Origin: an uncultured Methanomassiliicoccus sp.
GTDB lineage: Archaea; Thermoplasmatota; Thermoplasmata; Methanomassiliicoccales; UBA472
Direction of reading: 5' to 3'
Length of the DNA: 64,000 nt
Assembly (NCBI GenBank): GCA_964585915.1
Contig: CAZPFU010000001.1
Location: 119,515 to 183,514 of the forward strand
Shown here: positions 54,983-63,801 of the stretch, piece after piece
Position numbering within the stretch: the stretch's first letter is position 1
How the letters are laid out: each line of letters opens with the position of its first letter
Translations under genes and position numbers: made by a program
Notes under the pieces: model-generated
Seen by the model: the letters and a program-made list of their open reading frames with translations, nothing else
The model's database searches: none
What the model was told of the DNA's origin: nothing

Positions 54983-55864
54983 ATGGAGGAGCTGACCTGG
55001 GCCCGCATCGTTTTAACCGTGGCGATAATGGTCGCCGCTTCCACATCTGATTGGCGCAGCCGGACCGCCTCCGACCTGCACTGGTACGTCATGGGCGTGG
55101 GCGGCTCCATTCTGTACGGGATACAGCTGGTGGAGGATGGCGCGCCTTGGACCTTCCTGGCCTGCCTCGCCCTCATAACCTTGGTGTTCGTGGACCTCCT
55201 GCGGGACCGCCGGGGAATGTTCGAGGACGGTTTGAACCTACCGCCGCTGCTGCTTTACCTCCTGACCATGCTGGCCTTCGGATATCTTAGCCTGGAGCAC
55301 TTTGGAGAAGGAGGTTATTGGACGATGCTGAGCATCCCGCTGCTCATCGTGTTCTTCTTCGTGATGTATCAGCTGGACGTGATCAAGGGCGGGGCGGACG
55401 CCAAGGCGTTGATAGCGCTTTCGTTGCTCTTCCCGGCCTACCCGGAGCTGTCCGGCCTGCCGGTACTGGAGCTGAACGACCCTGCGTCGCTGACCATCTT
55501 GCCGTTCCCGGTGCTGGTGCTTTTCAACGGTGCGATACTCACCCTGCTGGTGCCCATCGGTATGCTATTGGTCAACCTGGTCCGCCGGGACGTAAGATTC
55601 CCGCTGATGCTGTTCGGCACCCGGATGAGCATCAAGGAGGCCGAGAAGAAGCACGTTTGGCCAATGGAACGGGTGGTTGATGGGATGGTCAGAACGGTGC
55701 TGTTCCCCCGTTCGGACGACGAGGCGGACTGGGACGCGCTGCGGGAGGCGGGCGTGGACCGCCCCTGGGTCACGCCGAAGGTCCCCTTCCTGATACCGTT
55801 AACGCTGGCGGTGCCGTTCTCGTTACTGCTGGGGAACCTGTTGCTGTACCTGATGGGCGCCTGA
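54983..55864 (+). CDS. A24-family aspartic peptidase (archaeal preflagellin/prepilin peptidase, FlaK/PibD-like)
   Basis: Polytopic membrane protein. First catalytic Asp in AASTSDWRSR, second in IKGGADAKAL (GxGD-like). Confidence 0.75.
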   Translation: MEELTWARIVLTVAIMVAASTSDWRSRTASDLHWYVMGVGGSILYGIQLVEDGAPWTFLACLALITLVFVDLLRDRRGMFEDGLNLPPLLLYLLTMLAFGYLSLEHFGEGGYWTMLSIPLLIVFFFVMYQLDVIKGGADAKALIALSLLFPAYPELSGLPVLELNDPASLTILPFPVLVLFNGAILTLLVPIGMLLVNLVRRDVRFPLMLFGTRMSIKEAEKKHVWPMERVVDGMVRTVLFPRSDDEADWDALREAGVDRPWVTPKVPFLIPLTLAVPFSLLLGNLLLYLMGA

Positions 55865-55867
55865 TGA

Positions 55868-56890
55868 TCACCATATGATGTCAGTGATGTGCCCGCACTT
55901 CGAGCAAGAGCGGTCCTTGATGCCCATTATCTCCGCGGAAAAACCAGTACGGCGGACCAGCAGCGAACCGCAGTTCGGACAGTAGGTGTTCTCTCCCCGT
56001 TCGGTGGAGATGTTGCCTACGTAAACGTAATCCAGCCCATGCGCCTTTCCCTCCTTCATCGCCATGTCCATGGTGGACCTGGGCGTCGGCGGCACATCGT
56101 CCATCTTGAAGTCGGGATGGAAGCGGGAGAAGTGCACCGGGGTCTGCGTTCCCATGTGGTCACGCACCCACTGGCAGAAATCGGATATCTCCTGCTGGCG
56201 GTCGTTCTTTCCCGGGATGATGAGATAGGTCAGCTCGACATGGATGCCGATCTCCCTGGCCACCTCGCACGCTTTTAGAACAGGAGCGAGGCTGCCCTTG
56301 CACACCTCCCCGTAGAAGTTCTCCGTGAACCCCTTCACGTCGATGTTCATGGCGTCGATGACGCCCTTTAGGGAGCGAAGGGGTGCTTCCTGGATGAACC
56401 CGTTGGTGACCGAGACGGTGAAAAGACCGCGTTCCTTACAAAGGCGGCTGGCGTCCACCATGTACTCGTACCAGATGGTCGGCTCGTTGTAGGTCCAGGC
56501 CACCCCGTTGGACCTCGCCCGAAGGCACATCTCCGGGACCTCCTCCGGTGCCACGTACTGGGACATCCCGTTCTCCAGGCCTATCTGGGCGATGGTGAAG
56601 TTCTGGCAGTGCTGGCAGCGGAGGTTGCAGCTCAATCCGCCGAAGGACAGAACGGGTTCCCCCGGCCGGAAGTGGAACAACGGCTTTTTTTCCAGGGGGT
56701 CCAAATGAACCGAGGACACCAGACCGTAGCTGAGGGCTTTCAAAGAACCGCCAACGTTACGGCGTACCCGGCAGATCCCGACCTTGCCGTCCTTGATGAG
56801 ACAGGAATGCGGGCATAGCTGACAGCGTATGGCGTCCCCCTCCTTCTCCCAGAACAGGGCTTCCTTGAGATCAACGTCGGAAGTGCTCAT
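55868..56890 (-). CDS. AmmeMemoRadiSam-system-type radical SAM enzyme (PflA-like activase fold)
   Basis: N-terminal CQLCPHSCLIKDGKVGICRVRRN, radical SAM CNLRCQHCQN, and C-terminal CPNCG...CSKCG zinc-ribbon-like motifs. Confidence 0.75.
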   Translation of the reverse strand: MSTSDVDLKEALFWEKEGDAIRCQLCPHSCLIKDGKVGICRVRRNVGGSLKALSYGLVSSVHLDPLEKKPLFHFRPGEPVLSFGGLSCNLRCQHCQNFTIAQIGLENGMSQYVAPEEVPEMCLRARSNGVAWTYNEPTIWYEYMVDASRLCKERGLFTVSVTNGFIQEAPLRSLKGVIDAMNIDVKGFTENFYGEVCKGSLAPVLKACEVAREIGIHVELTYLIIPGKNDRQQEISDFCQWVRDHMGTQTPVHFSRFHPDFKMDDVPPTPRSTMDMAMKEGKAHGLDYVYVGNISTERGENTYCPNCGSLLVRRTGFSAEIMGIKDRSCSKCGHITDIIW

Positions 56891-57872
56891 ACCCCTTCGG
56901 CTCCAGTTCCTCGCGCGATCGTCCGCGTTTCAGAACGTTCTTCCTGCCCTCGATGCAGCGCCCGATGACCTTGGCCTGATCGCCCAGAGCGCCCAGGATG
57001 TCGCCCGATCCTTCTGGTCTGACCGTGAACAGCAGCTGATAGTCGCCTCCCCCGTGCAGAGCGATCTCCAGATGGTCCCTCTTGGCCATCTTGGCCAGTC
57101 TTACCACCTCGGGATCGATCGGAACGGCGGACGCGTCCACCTCGAACGATATGCCGCTGGCCTCGCCCAGTTCAAACAGGGACATCGACAGTCCGTCGGA
57201 GGTGTCCATGCAGGACGTTACACGACCGGTGGACGAGATAAGGGTCCCTTCCTTGATGCGGGGCTGAGGTTCGAAGAGCGCCTTGAGCGCCTTATCCGAA
57301 GTGGTCCCAAGTTCCAGAGACAGCAGACCGGCGGAGGCCAATCCTGCCGTGCCGGTCATCATGAGCAGGTCACCAGCAGAAGCGCCCTTCCTGGTCAGTA
57401 GACCGTTCTTTGGAACCGTGCCCAACGAAGTTCCCGTCAGCACCAGTTCGGAGCATTCCTTGGTGTCCCCGCCCAGATAGTCCGTCCCGAAATTATCGCA
57501 GCAATCGGCGGCGCCCTGCACCATCTCCCGGACGTCGTTATCGTCCATATGCGCCGGCAGCCCCATGGCCATCAGGAACCCCAAAGGCTGGGCGCCCATG
57601 GCCGCGATGTCGCTCAAGTTAACGGCCGCGGCCATCCAGCCCTTCTGCCGCCAGGACATGCGCTGGTGGAAGTGCGTGGTCTCCCAGAGCATGTCCGTGC
57701 TGACGACCAGAAAACGGTCGCCGAGCTCGATGGCGGCCGCGTCGTCGCCCGGACCGAGGCGGGCGGAGGCGGTCAGCATGGATGCTATCGATCTGACCAT
57801 GCGCTTCTCGCCGACGTCGCTCAGACGGGCCATGGACCTTAGAGAGCCACCAAGGCGAATAACATTTTCCAT
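56871..57872 (-). CDS. thiL: Thiamine-monophosphate kinase (AIR synthase-related)
   Basis: LSDVGEKRMV, GPGDDAAAI, STDMLWETTHF, GGDT. The more likely start is ATG 57833 (MARLSDVGE). The 3' end overlaps the next gene start by 20 nt. Confidence 0.85.
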   Translation of the reverse strand: MENVIRLGGSLRSMARLSDVGEKRMVRSIASMLTASARLGPGDDAAAIELGDRFLVVSTDMLWETTHFHQRMSWRQKGWMAAAVNLSDIAAMGAQPLGFLMAMGLPAHMDDNDVREMVQGAADCCDNFGTDYLGGDTKECSELVLTGTSLGTVPKNGLLTRKGASAGDLLMMTGTAGLASAGLLSLELGTTSDKALKALFEPQPRIKEGTLISSTGRVTSCMDTSDGLSMSLFELGEASGISFEVDASAVPIDPEVVRLAKMAKRDHLEIALHGGGDYQLLFTVRPEGSGDILGALGDQAKVIGRCIEGRKNVLKRGRSREELEPKGYEHFRR

Positions 57873-57923
57873 CTGACAACTGGTGAGAAAGAAGAATTGG
57901 GTAAGAGGTTTGTAGCGGCGTTC

Positions 57924-60900
57924 TCACTTCTTCCTGAGGAGGATAAAAGCTACGATGCCGACAACTGCCAGGACCGCGATGGCGATGATGACGTACAGCC
58001 AGACCGCACCGCCGTCGCCATCCTCTTCGCCCTCTATTTCGTCTGGAACCATCTCCACCGTGCCCTCGTCGATGGTGACCCCCTGTTCGATCGTGGCGTT
58101 GAAGGTGAACGGTTCGTATCCTTCCACGTTGACCTCGAACAGGTAGGTGCCCAGAGATAAGTTGGAGAACACGAAACGGCCGTTCTCATCGGTCACGGCG
58201 GTGAACTCCCCGCCGGCGGTAACCGTGACCCCGGGGACAGGATCTCCGTTCTCATCCAGTATCAACCCTGTAAGGTTCCCTACCGACCGGGTGGAGAAGG
58301 TCCAGTTCATCTCAATCGAGTTGCCGGCCAGGTCCTTGCCGCTTACAGCTACCGCGTAAACGCGGTTGAACTGCAGCGCGGACGGCGTGAACGTCGCCGA
58401 GTTGCCCTCCCAGGCAATGGTTCCAGTGACACCGGGAACGGATATCATAACGGACGTCTGGTTCATGGCCTCGGAGAACTCGACGAGCACGACCTGATCT
58501 AGCTCCAGTTCATCACCGATCGGTGAAATCTCGGCCGTTGGCGCGACGGTGTCAACGGTGAAATTGGCCGATTTCTCCACGGAGTTACCGGCGGCATCGG
58601 TCACCTTGACGTACGCGATATGATGGCCGTCGGTCAGCGCGATCCACACGAGCTCCTCACCGGTCGCCGTGGTCCATCCTTCTCCGTCTAACATCACCTG
58701 GACCGTTCCAGGATTGGTGTCGGCGATGGTCCAGGTCACGGTCACCGAGGATGCGTTGAACAGCTGCCCTTCAACAGGAGAATCGATAACCAAGGTCGGA
58801 GCCAGGGTGTCTACGGTGAACTCTACCGTCACATCCAGGTAGTTGCCCAGGTGATCGTAAGCACTGACCAGGACAGTATACATACCATCGGCCAGGTCAT
58901 TGAATACGCACGAGGTGTCGGTGGTATTGAAGAACGCCAGGCCTTCGATGCTCGCTGTGTAATACGCGACCCCGGTACCGGCGTCGCTGCCGGACCAGGT
59001 GACCGTGACATCAGAGCTGTTAACGAATACGTCCTGCACCGGTGAGATGATGGTAATAGAGGGCACTTGCGTATCCACCACCACCGTCACCGAGTCCGAG
59101 GAGGACCGGCCGAACTTGTCGTAGATGATCACGGTCAGAACGTGCGAACCATCGCTGAGGCCGGTGAAGGTGTGCGAACCCGCGCTGGACTGCAACGTCA
59201 CCTGGGAACCGCCTTCCCAGCTCACCACATAACGGTCCACCCCGGAACCAGCGTCGCTGCCGGTCCAGGTCAGCGTTATGCTTCCCGTGGTATTGATAAG
59301 CCCATCGGCCGGGGAGACTATATTGATCGTTGGGGAGGCGACTTCGACGGTGAAGGTGATGACCTCGTCCTTGTAGTGGTCCAGTTCGTCATAAGCGCTC
59401 ACCATGACCGTATACGTGCCATCGGCCAAGCCGTTTATTGTGTACGAGCTGTCAGTTGTGTTGACGGAGAACATCCCTTCGATGCTAACCACGTAATAGG
59501 CCACGCCAGTACCGGCATCGTTACCGGTCCAGGAGACAGTGACGCTGCTTCCCACGTAAGCCCCCTCCGTAGGAGATGTGATGACCAGGGACGGTGAGGT
59601 TGTGTCGAGGATCACTGACACCGAGTCGCTCCTCTCGATCCCCGACAGGTCCGTCATGGTCACCGTTATCAGATTCGCCCCTTCCACCAGGGCGATGGTG
59701 GCGGTCCATGCCTCGGTTCCTGCGCAAACACCGGACCCGCCGGTTGCGGCGTTGTACCATGTGACCTGGACCACACCGAAGAAGCTGATAGCCGTTCCAG
59801 ACAGACCAACGTTAGCATCTTCGGTAGCGGCGCCTTCGGCCGGAGAGGTTATAACAATGCTCACCGCCAGAGGCATCATGTCCTTACCGGTGCCGCCATC
59901 GATGAGGTATGCCTCATCAACGATACCATCGCCATCCAGATCCGGAGAGGTCCAGTCGCTCCAGAAGTTACCGTTCGATGAGAGGTTCCAGCAATTCAGC
60001 CCATCATCGAACGCCTGGACGTGCGAACCATCGAAAACAGAGGTCGCTCCGTTGTTGTCTGTGAGGATGTTTCCGTACAGAACGTTTCCTTGGGAAGATC
60101 CCAATCTGATTCCGTAAAGGGTGTTGCCCACACAGGTATTGTTGGAAATTTGGGTACTGGTCGTGTCAAGAGCATAGATGCCGACCGCACTGTTGTAGGA
60201 GCAGGTATTGTTCGAGATCGTGGTGCCGTCGAACGGAGAATATTCCAGGTAGATCCCGTGAACGGTGTTTCCGTTGCAGATGTTATCAGCGATGAGATAA
60301 TGATCCGCCCTCCCGATCTGGATACCGAACAAATCATTGCCGCTACAGTCATTGTGGGTAAGGACCATGTTGCTGGACTCGCCCATTATCACAATGCCCT
60401 GGTAAATGTTGTCGCTGAGATCGTTGCCATCAATTATGATGTAGCTCGAATCGCCAACATAGATCCCGTGGAGGTTTCCATGGCATGAGTTGTTGATGAT
60501 CGAATTAGAATCGGAGTACGAGGAAAGGGATATCCCGCCCTCGTCGTCATTTCCATTGCAGGCGTTTTTTGTTATAACATTGCCATCGGAAGATTCGAGA
60601 GATATGCCTTTGAAGTTGCCTTGAGCCACATTTCCTGCGATGGTATTGTTGTTGGAATCGAGCAGGACTATGCCACCGGAGGCGTTGCTGCACGTATTAT
60701 TGGTTATGGTATTGTTCTTGGAGGAATCCAGGTATATCCCGTAATTGTTACCGAGAGTACAATCGTTATCCGCGATGGTGTTATTGCTCGAGTTGATCAC
60801 GAATATCCCGTTATAGCTCCCATCGCAATTGTTGCCGGAGATGGTGTTATTGGATGAGGAACTGAGATAGATGCCATCAATCCCGTTCGTGGCCGCGTTT

Positions 60901-62366
60901 CCGGTTACGGTGTTGTTGTCGGCCAAGACCATGAAGATGTCATGATTGTTCCCGTCGCAGGTATTGTTGATGAGGGCATTGTTACTCGAACGGTACAGGT
61001 CAATGCCTACGGTGCATCCACTGCAATTATTGTTCTGGATCGTGTTATGGGTGGAGTAGGACAAGTAAATCCCACAGCCCCCATTGTTGTCGCTGCAGTT
61101 GTTATCGGCGATGGAGTTGTAAGTGGATTCGTCCATGAAAACGCCATAATTGTTCTCATGAAGCTCATTGATGTACAGCTCGTTATGGTCGGAATCGGAG
61201 AGATAAATGCCGTCGGTGTTGAGCCTGGCGATGTTGTTATGAACAGCACAACCCTCGGAATCATCTAGCCATATTCCGGAATCCCCGTTGAGGACGAGGT
61301 TGTTGAAAGAGACCTGGGACCCCGATGAGCCCTGGACCAGGATGCCCGACCCGTTGCTCTTGATGACGTCGTTGGAAGAGACGACGTTGTTCGGGGAGTT
61401 CAGGACCCATATCCCGTAGTAATTGTTGCTGTCGCATTCGTTGTGGGCTATGCTGTTGCCGGTCGAGGAGTAGGCAGAAGATGATGACACATAGATGCCG
61501 GCACCATCTAGAACATAGCCGTTCTGGAAGCATGAGTTGTTCGTAATATTATTGCTGAAGCTAGAGGCTTCCGATGAATAGATGGCGATTCCATTGACCG
61601 AGTTGTTGGAACAAAGGTTGTCGCGGATGTCGTTTCCATGGGAATAGTCAACAGATAGACCGTCCCCGTCGTTGTTATCGCAGGTATTGTTGTGGACGCT
61701 GTTTGAATTCGAGCCATAGAGTACGATTCCGGCGTTGTTGTTGTTCACCTCGTTTTCGTAGATCGTGTTGTTGCCAGAATCCTTCAGGGAAATGCCCGCG
61801 CCATTCATGTAAGTGATCAGGTTACCGCTGAGCTCGCTGCGTTCCACATTTTCGAGGTTAAGTCCGTCAGCGCTGTTGGTGAAGTAATTACCGACGACCT
61901 CGATGTCCGATGCCACCCTGATCGCAACGCCATACAATGGATTGTTCCAGCAATCATTGCCGGTCATGCTGACGTTATTGCATGAATACAGCGTTATCGC
62001 ATCGTCGGCGTTGTTCCTTATGGTGTTCCCCTGGATCCAGATGTTGCTCGAGTACCAGACCTCAATGCCGACATGATTGGAGTTCTCCAGGATGCACTCG
62101 GATATCCACAGGTGCTTGTTGACGAAGTTGATGGAGATCGCGTAGCTGTTGCCGGTGGCATCGATCTCCAGGCCGCTGAGGATGTAAGGATCGCCTTCGC
62201 TTCCGTCGCCGGGTAATCCCATGGCATCCAGTTCGGCGTCCGATCCGATGTAGATCGGACCCGAGGGTGCGGCGTCCGCCGAACCGGACATCCCGGCCGA
62301 TAGGAACACCACGGCCATCATCAACGCGAAACCTAGGACTGCGCATCTGCAAAAAACCTTTGTCAT
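57924..62366 (-). CDS. Giant (1480 aa) secreted, C-terminally membrane-anchored surface protein: beta-helix (PbH1/NosD-like) repeats + Ig-like repeats + CarboxypepD_reg-like domain
   Basis: Sec-type signal peptide MTKVFCRCAVLGFALMMAVVFLSAGMSGSADA. About 30 repeats of the pattern NNTIxxNxCxxNxxxGIxLxxS. Five Ig-like modules of about 88 aa each. An acidic linker and the TM anchor AVWLYVIIAIAVLAVVGIVAFILLRKK. Confidence 0.85.
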   Translation of the reverse strand: MTKVFCRCAVLGFALMMAVVFLSAGMSGSADAAPSGPIYIGSDAELDAMGLPGDGSEGDPYILSGLEIDATGNSYAISINFVNKHLWISECILENSNHVGIEVWYSSNIWIQGNTIRNNADDAITLYSCNNVSMTGNDCWNNPLYGVAIRVASDIEVVGNYFTNSADGLNLENVERSELSGNLITYMNGAGISLKDSGNNTIYENEVNNNNAGIVLYGSNSNSVHNNTCDNNDGDGLSVDYSHGNDIRDNLCSNNSVNGIAIYSSEASSFSNNITNNSCFQNGYVLDGAGIYVSSSSAYSSTGNSIAHNECDSNNYYGIWVLNSPNNVVSSNDVIKSNGSGILVQGSSGSQVSFNNLVLNGDSGIWLDDSEGCAVHNNIARLNTDGIYLSDSDHNELYINELHENNYGVFMDESTYNSIADNNCSDNNGGCGIYLSYSTHNTIQNNNCSGCTVGIDLYRSSNNALINNTCDGNNHDIFMVLADNNTVTGNAATNGIDGIYLSSSSNNTISGNNCDGSYNGIFVINSSNNTIADNDCTLGNNYGIYLDSSKNNTITNNTCSNASGGIVLLDSNNNTIAGNVAQGNFKGISLESSDGNVITKNACNGNDDEGGISLSSYSDSNSIINNSCHGNLHGIYVGDSSYIIIDGNDLSDNIYQGIVIMGESSNMVLTHNDCSGNDLFGIQIGRADHYLIADNICNGNTVHGIYLEYSPFDGTTISNNTCSYNSAVGIYALDTTSTQISNNTCVGNTLYGIRLGSSQGNVLYGNILTDNNGATSVFDGSHVQAFDDGLNCWNLSSNGNFWSDWTSPDLDGDGIVDEAYLIDGGTGKDMMPLAVSIVITSPAEGAATEDANVGLSGTAISFFGVVQVTWYNAATGGSGVCAGTEAWTATIALVEGANLITVTMTDLSGIERSDSVSVILDTTSPSLVITSPTEGAYVGSSVTVSWTGNDAGTGVAYYVVSIEGMFSVNTTDSSYTINGLADGTYTVMVSAYDELDHYKDEVITFTVEVASPTINIVSPADGLINTTGSITLTWTGSDAGSGVDRYVVSWEGGSQVTLQSSAGSHTFTGLSDGSHVLTVIIYDKFGRSSSDSVTVVVDTQVPSITIISPVQDVFVNSSDVTVTWSGSDAGTGVAYYTASIEGLAFFNTTDTSCVFNDLADGMYTVLVSAYDHLGNYLDVTVEFTVDTLAPTLVIDSPVEGQLFNASSVTVTWTIADTNPGTVQVMLDGEGWTTATGEELVWIALTDGHHIAYVKVTDAAGNSVEKSANFTVDTVAPTAEISPIGDELELDQVVLVEFSEAMNQTSVMISVPGVTGTIAWEGNSATFTPSALQFNRVYAVAVSGKDLAGNSIEMNWTFSTRSVGNLTGLILDENGDPVPGVTVTAGGEFTAVTDENGRFVFSNLSLGTYLFEVNVEGYEPFTFNATIEQGVTIDEGTVEMVPDEIEGEEDGDGGAVWLYVIIAIAVLAVVGIVAFILLRKK
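58551..59864 (-). repeat. Five tandem Ig-like modules (about 88 aa each)
   Basis: Amino acids about 835-1272. Modules share I-[TS]-SP-x-[DE]G...V-T-[VL]-[ST]-W-[TS]-G-[SN]-D-A-G-[TS]-G-V...DG-x-[YH]-x-V-x-V...D-x-x-G-N/x...[FV]-T-V-[DE]-T. Modules 2 and 4 are the most similar. Confidence 0.7.
59967..62189 (-). repeat. Parallel beta-helix (PbH1-type) coding repeats, about 22-23 aa periodicity
   Basis: Amino acids about 60-800 of the giant protein. Recurrent N-N-[ST]-[IV]-x-x-N-x-C and G-I-x-[LV] rungs, with very many N-x-S/T sequons. Coordinates converted from residue counts. Confidence 0.7.
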
Positions 62367-62437
62367 TTTATTTCCCCCACTCGAATGAAATAGGCCTTTA
62401 TGGCGTGATGGTCATTAATGTTTTCGTCGGAGTTTAT

Positions 62438-62451
62438 CAATTCGTGAATTG
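62438..62451. promoter_or_regulatory. 14-bp palindrome in the divergent intergenic region between the giant surface-protein gene and the larA-like gene
   Basis: CAATTC-GT-GAATTG (arms are perfect reverse complements) within an AT-rich spacer. A candidate operator; function is inferred only. Confidence 0.3.
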
Positions 62452-62562
62452 ACTGGATACGGCTATGACCGCTCTCTCTTAACCGTTCATCCTAAATAAT
62501 TGAACTTCTCACCAGTGCGGTATGGCAATTCTTTAATACTCAGTTCGCCAACGGTGGACCGG

Positions 62563-63801
62563 ATGCTCCTCAAGCTGCCATATGGGGAAGGTACCTTGCT
62601 CAAGGCCAAGGTCCCAGATGAAAATCTGGCTGGTATAGTCGGACCGCACGAGGTCCACTGCGCCCCGGACGAGATCGAAAGAGCGTTGTCCAAGCCCTTC
62701 GGCCGTTCGCTCGAATCGTTCCTGCAGGACGCGAACGACATCGTGTTCCTGGTCAACGACGGAACGAGACCGACCCCGACCTCGAAGGTGCTGGATGCTC
62801 TAGCGGTGCACATGGACCTCAAGAAGGCGCGCTACCTCATCGCCACCGGCGCCCACCGGGGACCGACCGAGAGCGAGCTGAAGTTCATATTCGGAGATCA
62901 TCTTGCCGATCTGCGGGAACGCATCATCGTCCATGACGCCAAACGTTCCAAGTGCGTTCATCTTGGAGTTTCCAAGAACGGCACGGACATGGATGTGAAC
63001 GAAGTAGCGGTCAACGCCGACCGCTTGATGATCATAACCAGCGTGGAGCCGCATTACTTCGCCGGCTACACCGGAGGCAGGAAATCGTTCCTGCCAGGCG
63101 TGGCCTCCTTCCGCACCATCGAGCAGAACCATAAGATGGCCATGCGACCGGAGGCCCAGACCCTGGTCCTGGACGGGAATCCAGTTCACGAGGACATGAT
63201 GGATGCCCTATCGGTCGTCAAGAAGGAGATATTCTCCATCCAGGTGGTCCTGGACCGCCACCAGCGCATCTACAAGGCCGCGGCGGGCGATCTACATAAA
63301 GCGTTCCGCCAAGCGGTGGAGTGGGCGAACGAGGTCTTCTCGATAACCATCAAGCAGCGCTATGACGCGGTGATAACCGTCGCACCATACCCCATGGACG
63401 TGGACCTTTACCAAGCGCAGAAGGCCATCGACAACGCCAAATGGGCCTTGAAGGAAGGCGGGACGCTCATCCTGGTGGCCAAGTGCCGCGAGGGCATGGG
63501 CGAGGAGACCTTCGCCAAGCAGCTCTCGGCGTCCAAGGACAAGCGTAAGGTGCTCAAGAACCTGGAGAAGGAGTACAAGCTTGGGTACCATAAAGCGGCC
63601 AAGGTGGCCGAGGTGATGTGCTCCGCCGACCTGTGGGCGGTGACCGCCCTCGACCCTCGCAGGCTGGAGGAGATGGGGATCGTTCCCTTCGGCACCCTGC
63701 AGGAGGCGGTGGACTCGCTGCTGAGGGAAAAGCCAAAAGCCCAGATCCTGGTTCTCCTGGACGGCAGCGTGACCGTGCCGAAGGTGCGTGAAGATGAGTG
63801 A
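62563..63801 (+). CDS. LarA-family nickel-pincer-cofactor-dependent 2-hydroxyacid racemase/epimerase homologue (DUF2088)
   Basis: MLLKLPYGEG start pattern; NDGTRPTP; IATGAHRG (catalytic His region); EPHYFAGYTGGRKSFLPG (His plus cofactor-tethering Lys region); TIEQNH. The ORF-track TTG at 62500 is probably too far upstream. Confidence 0.75.
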   Translation: MLLKLPYGEGTLLKAKVPDENLAGIVGPHEVHCAPDEIERALSKPFGRSLESFLQDANDIVFLVNDGTRPTPTSKVLDALAVHMDLKKARYLIATGAHRGPTESELKFIFGDHLADLRERIIVHDAKRSKCVHLGVSKNGTDMDVNEVAVNADRLMIITSVEPHYFAGYTGGRKSFLPGVASFRTIEQNHKMAMRPEAQTLVLDGNPVHEDMMDALSVVKKEIFSIQVVLDRHQRIYKAAAGDLHKAFRQAVEWANEVFSITIKQRYDAVITVAPYPMDVDLYQAQKAIDNAKWALKEGGTLILVAKCREGMGEETFAKQLSASKDKRKVLKNLEKEYKLGYHKAAKVAEVMCSADLWAVTALDPRRLEEMGIVPFGTLQEAVDSLLREKPKAQILVLLDGSVTVPKVREDE

